A stretch of DNA of 64,000 nucleotides, from NCBI GenBank assembly GCA_009914755.4, contig CP086569.2:51296001-51360000 (forward strand). The letters are read 5' to 3'. This document shows positions 1 through 51,013 of this stretch, one piece after another. The stretch is from the human T2T-CHM13v2.0 reference genome, Homo sapiens. Each line of letters opens with the position of its first letter. Position 1 is the first letter of the stretch. The translations under genes were made by a program, and so were the position numbers. The notes under the pieces are model-generated. The model worked only from the letters and a program-made list of their open reading frames with translations, was not told the origin of the DNA and searched no databases.

Positions 1-4820
<4,820 letters not shown>

Positions 4821-6375
4821 TATACATTATGTATATAATAATATACAGTATCATATATATAATATATATAACCTATGTATAATATTGTTTTACATCCTGC
4901 ATCTTATGTTATATATATTGTATAAAATATAATAATTGATAATATATAAGTTTTATAATTATACAATATGACATATAGTATATATTATAATTTATGACAT
5001 ATATAATATATGTTATATGTCATATATAGAATATATTATACGGTTAATATACGTATTAAATATAAATTATACATTATATATATTATATATAATATATCTG
5101 TTATGTATAATGCCCATTATGCATAATATATATATTATGTCTATGTTATATATAGTATAAAACAACATATAATAATATATAATTGTATATATAAAATGCG
5201 ACATATAATATATATTATATTTTATAACATATGTAATATATATTATATATTATATATAATACGTTGTATGTATAATACCTATATTAAATATATATTATAT
5301 GAATATGTTATTAATTACATGTCACATGTGTTATATATTATATATTTTACATAGAATATACCGGTTACATACAATATATACTATGTTACCTATAATGAAT
5401 AATTTATTACATGTAAAATAAAGAATGCAATATATTATGTATAATTTATAATATACCATATGTGGAATGTGATATATATAACATATAATATATGATATAT
5501 GATATACAGTATATGATATATAACATACAATATATGATTCCTAATATATATGGTATACAATATATATTTTATGATATGTATTCTATATGTTTTATATTCT
5601 GTTATATATAACTATTTGAAATTATATATAACTGTATAATATTTTATGTAAATATGTAATATAATATATATAACTATACAATATATTATATATAACTATA
5701 TATTATGTTATATATACTTTTATAACATAATTTACATAAAATATCATAATATAGTATATATTATATTATTTCATATTACATAATATATATTACATATCAC
5801 CGAATATAACTAACATACATAATATTATAATATAGATTATATTGTGTTATATTAAATATCATATATATCATGTATCATATATTCTATAATATATATTACA
5901 CATTATATAATATGTATGTTGTCTATTATGTGATATATATAACTATATATATAATTATATTTTTATACATATAACTAGATAAACATGTAATTCTACATAT
6001 TTTCATTTATAATATGTAGAATTATATAATCATATATAATTATTTATATTCTATAAAAAATTTTATCATTATATAAATTATAATATATAAAAATTATAAT
6101 ATGTACTACAAATATATATATATTATATATCATATATGATATAGTACCTTTGTTATATATCATAATACATATAAATGTGTATTATGTTATCTATAATTAT
6201 ATAATTTCATATATAAGATGTATAATATGTATCATATATTATATATGTTATGTAATATATATAGTATATATAAGATGACACAGGATAAATATTATATACT
6301 ATGACATATAAAATATATGAGGTTATATGTTACATATAAGGCATAGCACATAACATGTAATATATATCATATATA
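4821..6375. repeat. Representative A+T-rich low-complexity domain (~1555 bp) of unit U2
   Basis: A 100-bp sample is ~85% A+T. The domain is built from degenerate (TA)n and ATATAAT-like motifs, with a loose ~50-60 bp sub-motif that recurs (..atgacatata.tatatattata.tttatgacatat.taatatat.ttatat..). The same domain occupies the first ~1555 bp of every unit. Confidence 0.85.
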
Positions 6376-6667
6376 ATTTTTTTTAGACAGAATCTTGTCC
6401 TGTTGCACAGGGTGGGGTACAATGGCGCCATCTTTGATCACTGCAACTTCTGCCTCACGGGTCCAAGCGATTGTCCTCCCTCAGCCTCCCAGGTAGCTGG
6501 GACTACACCACACTGGGACTACACCAGCTGCCACCATGCCTAGCTAATTTTTTGGATTTTTAGTAGTGACAGCGTTTCACTGTATTGGCCAGGATGGTCT
6601 TGATCTCTTCACCTTGTGATCCCCTTGCCTTGGCCTCCAAATTTGCTGGGATTACAGGCCTGAGCCA
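6376..6667 (-). mobile_element. Old AluS-lineage element, unit U2 (type A)
   Basis: Paralogous copy with private change gatcac. Confidence 0.85.
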
Positions 6668-7241
6668 AGATCCATATTTTTTAAATGAAAAAAAATTTCA
6701 AAGGTACTCTGCTTGGTACAATAATCAAATGTATAAACTGAGGAATAAAACATAACCATGAAACCTACTTATAACTGCATATGGAAAATACAGAGGATAA
6801 TTTTTTAAATAACATATTTTGAAAGCCTTAACTAGTAATTTGAAGAGTTGGCATTTGAAAGGCCAGTATGAATATACCTTCAAAGCAGCAACACAGGTTC
6901 CCCATGAGAAAAAGCAAACACAGGGAAAACAAAAACACAAAGGTTCAATCTCCTCTGACCTTTGAAAGACACAGCACAGACAGTGGTCCTTAGGACGAAG
7001 AGCAGGAGACCCCTAATTCCGTCACCATGGCGATAGGGCATAAACATTGCTGGGTGAGGGCACAATCCACATTGTGAGGTCCAACTGCTGCCAGGAAGAC
7101 AGGAGTGCTTTTACATAGACCGAAAGGTCATTGAAGGCTCAGAGTTTTGTTTCAAGAACTGAATCCCAAGCCCACACGTTATTAGGCTGCGCTTCTTAAA
7201 ACAAGTTATGAGATGGGAAAAAGGGCACCCACAAACATACG
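6668..7241. other. Representative GC-normal core (~575 bp) of unit U2, of unknown origin (possibly an eroded interspersed-repeat fragment)
   Basis: Non-low-complexity sequence lying between the Alu 5' end and the next AT domain. It contains no long ORF and no recognisable RNA gene. It is present in every unit. Confidence 0.6.
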
Positions 7242-9657
<2,416 letters not shown>

Positions 9658-12073
9658 TATACATTATGTATATAATAATATACAGTATCATATATATAAT
9701 ATATATAACCTATGTATAATATTGTTTTACATCCTGCATCTTATGTTATATATATTGTATAAAATATAATAATTGATAATATATAAGTTTTATAATTATA
9801 CAATATGACATATAGTATATATTATAATTTATGACATATATAATATATGTTATATGTCATATATAGAATATATTATACGGTTAATATACGTATTAAATAT
9901 AAATTATACATTATATATATTATATATAATATATCTGTTATATATAATACCCATTATGAATAATATATATATTATGTCTATGTTATATATAGTATAAAAC
10001 AACATATAATAATATATAATTGTATATATAAAATGCGACATATAATATATATTATATTTTATAACATATGTAATATATATTATATATTATATATAATACG
10101 TTGTATGTATAATACCTATATTAAATATATATTATATGACTATGTTATTAATTACATGTCACATGTGTTATATATTATATATTTTACATAGAATATACCG
10201 GTTACATACAATATATACTATGTTACCTATAATGTATAATTTATTACATGTAAAATAAATAATGCAATATATTATGTATAATTTATAATATACCATATGT
10301 GGAATGTGATATATATAACATATAATATATGATATATGATATACAGTATATGATATATAACATACAATATATGATTCCTAATATATATGGTATACAATAT
10401 ATATTTTATGATATGTATTCTATATGTTTTATATTCTGTTATATATAACTATTTGAAATTATATATAACTGTATAATATTTTATGTAAATATGTAATATA
10501 ATATATATAACTATATAATATATTATATATAACTATATATTATGTTATATATACTTTTATAACATAATTTACATAAAATATCATAATATAATATATATTA
10601 TATTATTTCATATTACATAATATATATTACATATCACCCAATATAACTAACATACATAATAGTATAATATAGATTATATTGTGTTATATTAAATATCATA
10701 TATATCATGTATCATATATTCTATAATATATATTACACATTATATAATATGTATGTTGTCTATTATGTGATATATATAACTATATATATAATTATATTTT
10801 TATACATATAACTAGATAAACTTGTAATTCTACATATTTTCATTTATAATATGTAGAATTATATAATCATATATAATTATATTCTATAAAAAATTTTATC
10901 ATTATATAAATTATAATATATAAAAGTTATAATATGTACTACAAATATATATATTATATATCATATATGATATAGTACCTTTGTTATATATCATAATACA
11001 TATAAATGTGTATTATGTTATCTATAATTATATAATTTCATATATAAGATGTATAATATGTATCATATATTATATATGTTATGTAATATATATAGTATAT
11101 ATAAGATGACACAGGATAAATATTATATACTATGACATATAAAATATATGAGGTTATATGTTACATATAAGGCATAGCACATAACATGTAATATATATCA
11201 TATATAATTTTTTTTTAGACAGAATCTTGTCCTGTTGCACAGGGTGGGGTACAATGGCGCCATCTTTGCTCACTGCAACTTCTGCCTCACGGGACCAAGC
11301 GATTGTCCTCCCTCAGCCTCCCAGGTAGCTGGGACTACACCACACTGGGACTACACCAGCTGCCACCATGCCTAGCTAATTATATGGATTTTTAGTAGTG
11401 ACAGCGTTTCACTGTATTGGCCAGGATGGTCTTGATCTCTTCACCTTGTGATCCCCTTGCCTTGGCCTCCAAATTTGCTGGGATTACAGGCCTGAGCCAA
11501 GATCCATATTTTTTAAATGAAAAAAAATTTCAAAGGTACTCTGCTTGGTACAATAATCAAATGTATAAACTGAGGAATAAAACATAACCATGAAACCTAC
11601 TTATAACTGCATATGGAAAATACAGAGGATAATTTTTTAAATAACATATTTTGAAAGCCTTAACTAGTAATTTGAAGAGTTGGCATTTGAAAGGCCAGTA
11701 TGAATATACCTTCAAAGCAGCAACACAGGTTCCCCATGAGAAAAAGCAAGCACAGGGAAAACAAAAACACAAAGGTTCAATCTCTTCTGACCTTTGAAAG
11801 ACACAGCACAGACAGTGGTCCTTAGGACGAAGAGCAGGAGACCCCTAATTCCGTCACCATGGCGATAGGGCATAAACATTGCTGGGTGAGGGCACAATCC
11901 ACATTGTGAGGTCCAACTGCTGCCAGGAAGACAGGAGTGCTTTTACATAGACCGAAAGGTCATTGAAGGCTCAGAGTTTTGTTTCAAGAACTGAATCCCA
12001 AGCCCACACGTTATTAGGCTGCGCTTCTTAAAACAAGTTATGAGATGGGAAAAAGGGCACCCACAAACATATG
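9658..12073. repeat. Array unit U4 (2416 bp); type A
   Basis: Full unit. The AT-domain variants aaataaataatgc, taccatatg and acataatagtataatat are shared with U11, U12, U14 and U6. Confidence 0.9.
11208..11499 (-). mobile_element. Old AluS-lineage element, unit U4 (type A)
   Basis: Paralogous copy with private changes cgggaccaag and ctaattatatgg. Confidence 0.85.
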
Positions 12074-21730
<9,657 letters not shown>

Positions 21731-24143
21731 TATACATTATGTATATAATAATATACAGTATCATATATATAATATATATAACCTATGTATAATATTGTTT
21801 TACATCCTGCATCTTATGTTATATATATTGTATAAAATATAATAATTGATAATATATAAGTTTTATAATTATACAATATGACATATAGTATATATTATAA
21901 TTTATGACATATATAATATATGTTATATATCATATGTAGAATATATTATACGGTTAATATACGTATTAAATATAAATTATACATTATATATATTATATAA
22001 AATATATCTGTTATATATAATACCCATTATGCATAATATATATATTATGTCTATGTTATATATAGTATAAAACAACATATAATAATATATAATTGTATAT
22101 ATAAAATGCGACATATAATATATATTATATTTTATAACATATGTAATATATATTATATATAATACGTTGTATGTATAATACCTATATTAAATATATATTA
22201 TATGACTATGTTATTAATTACATGTCACATGTGTTATATATTATATATTTTACATAGAATATACCGGTTACATACAATATATACTATGTTACCTATAATG
22301 TATAATTTATTACATGTAAAATAAAGAATGCAATATATTATGTAAAATTTATAATATAAAATATGTGGAATGTGATATATATAACATATAATATATGATA
22401 TATGATATACAGTATATGATATATAACATACAATATATGATTCCTAATATATATGGTATACAATATATATTTTATGATATGTATTCTATATGTTTTATAT
22501 TCTGTTATATTTAACTATTTGAAATTATATATAACTGTATAATATTTTATATAAATATGTAATATAATATATATAACTATATAATATATTATATATAACT
22601 ATATATTATGTTATATATACTTTTATAACATAATTTACATAAAATATCATAATATAATATATATTTTATTATTTCATATTACATAATATATATTACATAT
22701 CACCCAATATAACTAACATACATAATATTATAATATAGATTATATTGTGTTATATTAAATATCATATATATCATGTATCATATATTCTATAATATATATT
22801 ACACATTATATAATATGTATGTTGTCTATTATGTGATATATATAACTATATATATAATTATATTTTTATACATATACCTAGATAAACATGTAATTCTACA
22901 TATTTTCAGTTATAATATGTAGAATTATATAATCATATATAATTATTTATATTTCATAAAAAATTTTATCATTATATAAATTATAATATATAAAAATTAT
23001 AATATGTACTACAAATATATATATTATATATCATATATGATATAGTACCTTTGTTATATATCATAATACATATAAATGTGTATTATGTTATCTATAATTA
23101 TATAATTTCATATATAAGATGTATAATATGTATCATATATTATATATGTTATGTAATATATATAGTATATATAAGATGACACAGGATAAATATTATATAC
23201 TATGACATATTAAATATATGAGGTTATATGTTACATATAAGGCATAGCACATAACATGTAATATATATCATATATAATTTTTTTTTAGACAGAATCTTGT
23301 CCTGTTGCACAGTGTGGGGTACAATGGCGCCATCTTTGCTGACTGCAAATTCTGCCTCACGGATCCAAGCGATTGTCCTCCCTCAGCCTCCCAGGTAGCT
23401 GGGACTAAACCACACTGGGACTACACCAGCTGCCACCATGCCTAGCTAATTTTTTGGATTTTTAGTAGTGACAGCGTTTCACTGTATTGGCCAGGATGGT
23501 CTTGATCTCTTCACCTTGTGATCCCCTTGCCTTGGCCTCCAAATTTGCTGGGATTACAGGCCTGAGCCAAGATCCATATTTTTTAAATGAAAAAAAATTT
23601 CAAAGGTACTCTGCTTGGTACAATAATCAAATGTATAAACTGAGGAATAAAACATAACCATGAAACCTACTTATAACTGCATATGGAAAATACAGAGGAT
23701 AATTTTTTAAATAACATATTTTGAAAGCCTTAACTAGTAATTTGAAGAGTTGGCATTTGAAAGGCCAGTATGAATATACCTTCAAAGCAGCAACACAGGT
23801 TCCCCATGAGAAAAAGCAAACACAGGGAAAATAAAAACACAAAGGTTCAATCTCTTCTGACCTTTGAAAGACACAGCACAGACAGTGGTCCTTAGGACGA
23901 AGAGCAGGAGACCCCTAATTCCGTCACCATGGCGATAGGGCATAAACATTGCTGGGTGAGGGCACAATCCACATTGTGAGGTCCAACTGCTGCCAGGAAG
24001 ACAGGAGTGCTTTTACATAGACCGAAAGGTCATTGAAGGCTCAGAGTTTTGTTTCAAGAACTGAATCCCAAGCCCACACGTTATTAGGCTGCGCTTCTTA
24101 AAACAAGTTATGAGATGGGAAAAAGGGCACCCACAAACATACG
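21731..24143. repeat. Array unit U9 (2413 bp; 7-bp deletion class)
   Basis: Near-identical to U8, except that its Alu carries a cluster of 5 private substitutions. Confidence 0.9.
23278..23569 (-). mobile_element. Old AluS-lineage element, unit U9 (type A, with 5 clustered private substitutions)
   Basis: Has cagtgtgg, gctgactgcaaattc, cggatcc and gactaaacc against otherwise near-identical neighbours. Confidence 0.85.
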
Positions 24144-36229
<12,086 letters not shown>

Positions 36230-38648
36230 TATACATTATGTATATAATAATATACAGTATCATATATATAATATATATAACCTATGTATAATATTGTATT
36301 ACATCCTGCATCTTATACTATATATGTTGTATAAAATATAATATTTGATAATATATAAGTTTTATATTTATACAATATGACATATGGTATATATTATAAT
36401 TTATGACATATATAATATATGTTATATATCATATATAGAATATATTATACGGTTAATATACGTATTAAATATAAATTATACATTATATATATTATATATA
36501 ATATATCTGTTATATATAATACCCATTAAGCATAATATATATATTATGTCTATGTTATATATAGTATAAAACAACATATAATAATATATAATTGTATATA
36601 TAAAATGCGACATATAATATATATTATATTTTATGACATATGTAATATATATTATATATTTTATATAATACGTTGTATGTATAATACCTATATTAAATAT
36701 ATATTATATGACTATGTTATTAATTACATGTCACATATGTTATATATTATATATTTTACATAGAATATACCGGTTACATGCAATATATACTATGTTACCT
36801 ATAATGTATAATTTATTACATGTAAAATAAAGAATGCAATATATTATGTATAATTTATAATATACAATATGTGGAATGTGATATATATAACATATAATGT
36901 ATGATATAAGATATAGAGTATATGATATATAACATACAATATATGATACCTAATATATATGGTATACAATATATATTTTATGATATGTATTCTCTATGTT
37001 TTATATTCTGTTATATATAACTATTTGAAATTATATATAACTGTATAATATTTTATGTAAATATGTAAGATAATATATATAACCATATAATATATTATAT
37101 ATAACAATATATTATGTTATATATACTTATATAACATAATTTACATAAAATATCATAATATAATATATATTATATTATTTCATATTACATAATATATATT
37201 ACATATCACCCAATATAAGTAACATACATAATATTATAATATAGATTATATTATGTTATATTAAATATCATATATATCATGTATCATATATTCTATAATC
37301 TATATTATACATTATATAATATGTATGTTGTCTATTATGTGATATATATAACTATATATATAATTATATTATTATACATATAACTAGATAAACATGTAAT
37401 TCTACATATTTTCATTTATAATATATAGAATTATATAATCATATATAATTATTTATATTCTATAAAAAATTATATCATTATATAAATTATAATATATAAA
37501 AATTATAAGATGTACTACAAATATATATATTATATATTATATATGATATAGCACCTTTGTTATATATCATAATACATATAAATGTGTATTATGTTATCTA
37601 TAATTATAAAATTTCATATATAAGATGTATAATATGTATTATATATTATATATGTTATGTAATATATATAGTATATATAAGATGACGCAGGATAAATATT
37701 ATATACTATGACATATAAAATATATGAGGTTATATGTTACATATAAAGCATAGCACATAACATGTAATATATATCATATATAATTTTTTTTTAGACAGAG
37801 TCTTGTCGTGTTGCACAGGGTGGAGTACAATGGCGCCATCTTTGCTCACTGCAACATCTGCCTCACGGGTCCAAGCGATTGTCCTCCCTCAGACTCCCAG
37901 ATAGCTGGGACTACACCACACTGGGACTACACCAGCTGCCACCATGCCTAGCTAATTTTTTGGATTTTTAGTAGTGACAGCCTTTCACTGCATTGGCCAG
38001 GATGGTCTTGATCTCTTCACCTTGTGATCCCCTTGCCTTGGCCTCCAAATTTGCTGGGATTACAGGCCTGAGCCAAGATCCATATTTTTTAAATGAAAAA
38101 AAATTTCAAAGGTACTCTGCTTGGTACAATAATCAAATGTATAAACTGAGGAATAAAACATAACCATGAAACCTACTTATAACTGCATATGGAAAATACA
38201 GAGGATAATTTTTAAATAACATATTTTGAAAGCCTTAACTAGTAATTTGAAGAGTTGGCATTTGAAAGGCCAGTATGAATATACCTTCAAAGCAGCAACA
38301 CAGGTTCCCCATGAGAAAAAGCAAACTCAGGGAAAATAAAACCACAAAGGTTCAATCTCTTCTGACCTTTGAAAGACACAGCACAGACAGTGGTCCTTAG
38401 GACGAAGAGCAGGAGACCCCTAATTCCGTCACCATGGCGATAGGGCATAAACATTGCTGGGTGAGGGCACAATCCACATTGTGAGGTCCAACTGCTGCCA
38501 GGAAGACAGGAGTGCTTTTACATAGACCGAAAGGTCATTGAAGGCTCAGAGTTTTGTTTCAAGAACTGAATAACAAGCCCACACGTTATTAGGCTGCGCT
38601 TCTTAAAACAAGTTATGAGATGGGAAAAAGGGCACCCACAAACATACA
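36230..38648. repeat. Array unit U15 (~2419 bp); type B Alu and core
   Basis: Alu head is gagtcttgtcgtg..ggagtacaatgg..caacatctg. Core has aaactcag/aaccac. Also has a 1-bp core deletion near 38211. Confidence 0.9.
37784..38075 (-). mobile_element. Old AluS-lineage element, unit U15 (type B)
   Basis: Head is gagtcttgtcgtg..ggagtacaatgg..caacatctg. Also has cagactcccagatagc and gcctttcactgcattgg. Confidence 0.85.
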
Positions 38649-45898
<7,250 letters not shown>

Positions 45899-47358
45899 TA
45901 TACATTATGTATATAATAATATACAGTATCATATATATAATATATATAACCTATGTATAATATTGTTTTACATCCTGCATCTTATGTTATATATATTGTA
46001 TAAAATATAATAATTGATAATATATAAGTTTTATATTTATAAAATATGACATATAGTATATATTATAATTTATGACATATATAATATATGTTATATATCA
46101 TATATAGAATATATTATACGGATAATATACGTATTAAATATAAATTATACATTATATATATTATATATAATATATCTGTTATATATAATACCCATTATGC
46201 ATAATATATATATAATGTCTATGTTATATATAGTATAAAACAACATATAATAATATATAATTGTATATATAAAATGCGACATATAATATATATTATATTT
46301 TATGACATATGTAATATATATTATATATTATATATAATACGTTGTATGTATAATACCTATATTAAATATATGTTATATGACTATATTATTAATTACATGT
46401 CACATATGTTATATATTATATATTTTACATAGAATATACAGGTTACATACAATATATACTATGTTACCTATAATGTATAATTTATTACATGTAAAATAAA
46501 GAATGTAATATATTATGTATAATTTATAATATACAATATGTGGAATGTGATATATATAACATATAATATATGATATATGATATACAGTATATGATATATA
46601 ACATACAATATATGATACCTAATATATATGTTATACAATATATATTTTATGATATGTATTCTATATGTTTTATATTCTGTTTTATATATCTATTTGAAAT
46701 TATATATAACTGTATAATATTTTATGTAAATATGTAATATAATATATATAACTATATAATATATAATATATAACTATATATTATGTTATATATACTTTTA
46801 TAACATAATTTACATAAAATATCGTAATATAATATATATTATATTATTTCATATTACATAATATATATTACATATCACCCAATATAAGTAACATACATAA
46901 TATTATACTATAGATTATATTATGTTATATTAAATATCATATATATCATGTATCATATATTCTATAATAGATATTATACATTATATAATATGTATGTTGT
47001 CTATTATGTGATATATATAACTATATATATAATTATATTATTATACATATAACTAGATAAACATGTAATTCTACATATTTTCATTTATAATATGTAGAAT
47101 TATATAATCATATATAATTATTTATATTCTATAAAAAATTTTATCATTATATAAATTATAATATATAAAAATTATAATATGTACTACAAATATATATATT
47201 ATATATCATATATGATATAGTACCTTTGTTATATATCATAATACATATAAATGTGTATTATGTTATCTATAATTATATAATTTCATATATAAGATGTATA
47301 ATATGTGTCATATAATATATATGTTATGTAATATATATAGTATATATAAGATGACACA

Positions 47359-47369
47359 GGATAAATATT
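47359..47369. repeat. Left target-site duplication of the young Alu (ggataaatatt)
   Basis: Units without the insertion read acacaggataaatattatatac continuously; here the 11-mer appears on both sides of the Alu. Confidence 0.8.
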
Positions 47370-47685
<316 letters not shown>

Positions 47686-47732
47686 TTACATATAAGGCAT
47701 AGCACATAACATGTAATATATATCATATATAA

Positions 47733-48023
<291 letters not shown>

Positions 48024-48597
48024 AGATCCACATTTTTTAAATGAAAAAAAATTTCAAAGGTACTCTGCTTGGTACAATAATCAAATGTATAAACTGAGGA
48101 ATAAAACATAACCATGAAACCTACTTATAACTGCATATGGAAAATACAGAGGATAATTTTTTAAATAACATATTTTGAAAGCCTTAACTAGTAATTTGAA
48201 GAGTTGGCATTTGAAAGGCCAGTATGAATATACCTTCAAAGCAGCAACACAGGTTCCCCATGAGGAAAAGCAAACTCAGGGAAAATAAAACCACAAAGGT
48301 TCAATCTCTTCTGACCTTTGAAAGACACAGCACAGACAGTGGTCCTTAGGACGAAGAGCAGGAGACCCCTAATTCCGTCACCATGGCGATAGGGCATAAA
48401 CATTGCTGGGTGAGGACACAATCCACATTGTGAGGTCCAACTGCTGCCAGGAAGACAGGTGTGCTTTTACATAGACCGAAAGGTCATTGAAGGCTCAGAG
48501 TTTTGTTTCAAGAACTGAATCCCAAGCCCTCACGTTATTAGGCTGCGCTTCTTAAAACATGTTATGAGATGGGAAAAAGGGCACCCACAAACATACG

Positions 48598-51013
48598 TAT
48601 ACATTATGTATATAATAATATACAGTATCATATATATAATATATATAACCTATGTATAATATTGTTTTACATCCTGCATCTTATGTTATACATATTGTAT
48701 GAAATATAATAATTGATAATATATAAGTTTATATTTATAAAATATGACATATAGTATATAATATAATTTATGACATATATAATATATGTTATATATCATA
48801 TGAAGAATATATTATACGGTTAATATACGTATTAAATATAAATTATACATTATATATATTATATATAATATATCTATTATATATAATACCCATTATGCAT
48901 AATATATATATTATGTCTATGTTATATATAGTATAAAACAACACATAATAATATACAATTGTATATATAAAATGCGACATATAATATATATTATATTTTA
49001 TGACATGTAATATATATTATATATTATATATAATACGTTGTATGTATAATACCTATATTAAATATATATTATATGTCTATGTTATTAATTACATGTCACA
49101 TATGTTATATATTATATATTTTACATGGAATATACCGGTAACATACAATATATACTATGTTACCTATAATGTATAATTGATTACATGTGAAATAAAGAAT
49201 TCAATATATTATGTATAATTTATAATATACAATATGTGGAATGTGATATATATAACATATAATATATGATATATGATACACAGTATATGATATATAACAT
49301 ACAATATATGATACCTAATATATATTATATACAATATATATTTTATGATATGTATTCTATATGTTTTATATTCTGTTATATATAACTATTTGAAATTATA
49401 TGTAACTGTATAATATTTTATGTAAATATGTAATATAATATATATAACTATATAATATATTATATATAACTATATATTATGTTATGTATACTTTTATAAC
49501 ATAATTTACATAAAATATCATAATATAATATATATTATATTATTTCATATTACATAATATATATTACATATCACCCAATATAAGTAACATACATAATATT
49601 ATAATATAGATTATATTATGTTATATTAAATATCATATATATCATGTATCATATATTCTATAATCTATATTATACATTATATAATATGTATGTTGTCTAT
49701 TATGTGATATATATAACTATATATATAATTATATTATTATACATATAACTAGATAAACATGTAATTCTACATATTTTCATTTATAATATATAGAATTATA
49801 TAATCATATATAATTATTTATATTCTATAAAAAATTATATCATTATATAAATTATAATATATAAAAATTATAATATGTAGTACAAATATATATATTATAT
49901 ATCTTATATGATATAGTACCTTTGTTTTATATCATAATACATAAAAATGTGTATTATATTACCTATAATTATATAATTTCATATATAAGATGTATAATAT
50001 GTATCATATATTATATATGTTATGTAATATATATAGTATATATAAGATGACACAGGATAAATATTATATACTATGACATATAAAATATATGAGGTTATAT
50101 GTTACATATAAGGCATAGCACATAACATGTAATATATATCATATATAATTTTTTTTTGACAGAGTCTTGTCCTGTTGCACAGGGTGGGGTACAATGGCGC
50201 CATCTTTGCTCACTGCAACTTCTGCCTCACAGGTCCAAGCGATTGTCCTCCCTCAGCCTCCCAGGTAGCTGGGACTACACCACACTGGGACTACACCAGC
50301 TGCCACCATGCCTAGCTAATTTTTTGGATTTTTAGTAGTGACAGCGTTTCACTGTATTGGCCAGGATGGTCTTGATCTCTTCACCTTGTGATCCCCTTGC
50401 CTTGGCCTCCAAATTTGCTGGGATTACAGGCCTGAGCCAAGATCCATATTTTTTAAATGAAAAAAAATTTCAAAGGTACTCTGCTTGGTACAATAATCAA
50501 ATGTATAAACTGAGGAATAAAACATAACCATGAAACCTACTTATAACTGCATATGGAAAATACAGAGGATAATTTTTTAAATAACATATTTTGAAAGCCT
50601 TAACTAGTAATTTGAAGAGTTGGCATTTGAAAGGCCAGTATGAATATACCTTCAAAGCAGCAACACAGGTTCCCCATGAGAAAAAGCAAACACAGGGAAA
50701 ATAAAACCACAAAGGTTCAATCTCTTCTGACCTTTGAAAGACACAGCACAGACACTGGTCCTTAGGACGAAGAGCAGGAGACCCCTAATTCCGTCACCAT
50801 GGCGATAGGGCATAAACATTGCTGGGTGAGGGCACAATCCACATTGTGAGGTCCAACTGCTGCCAGGAAGACAGGTGTGCTTTTACATAGACCGAAAGGT
50901 CATTGAAGGCTCAGAGTTTTGTTTCAAGAACTGAATCCCAAGCCCACACGTTATTAGGCTGCGCTTCTTAAAACAGGTTATGAGATGGGAAACAGGGCAC
51001 CCACAAACATACG
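48598..51013. repeat. Array unit U20 (2416 bp); divergent AT domain related to U17
   Basis: See U17. The Alu head is gagtcttgtcctg (mosaic) and it has cacaggtcc. Confidence 0.9.
50148..50439 (-). mobile_element. Old AluS-lineage element, unit U20 (mosaic)
   Basis: Has gagtcttgtcctg, ggggtac, caacttctg and cacaggtcc. Confidence 0.85.

Larger units (their letters stand above)
4821..7241. repeat. Array unit U2 (2421 bp); type A
   Basis: Full unit, >98% identical to its neighbours by eye. Confidence 0.9.
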
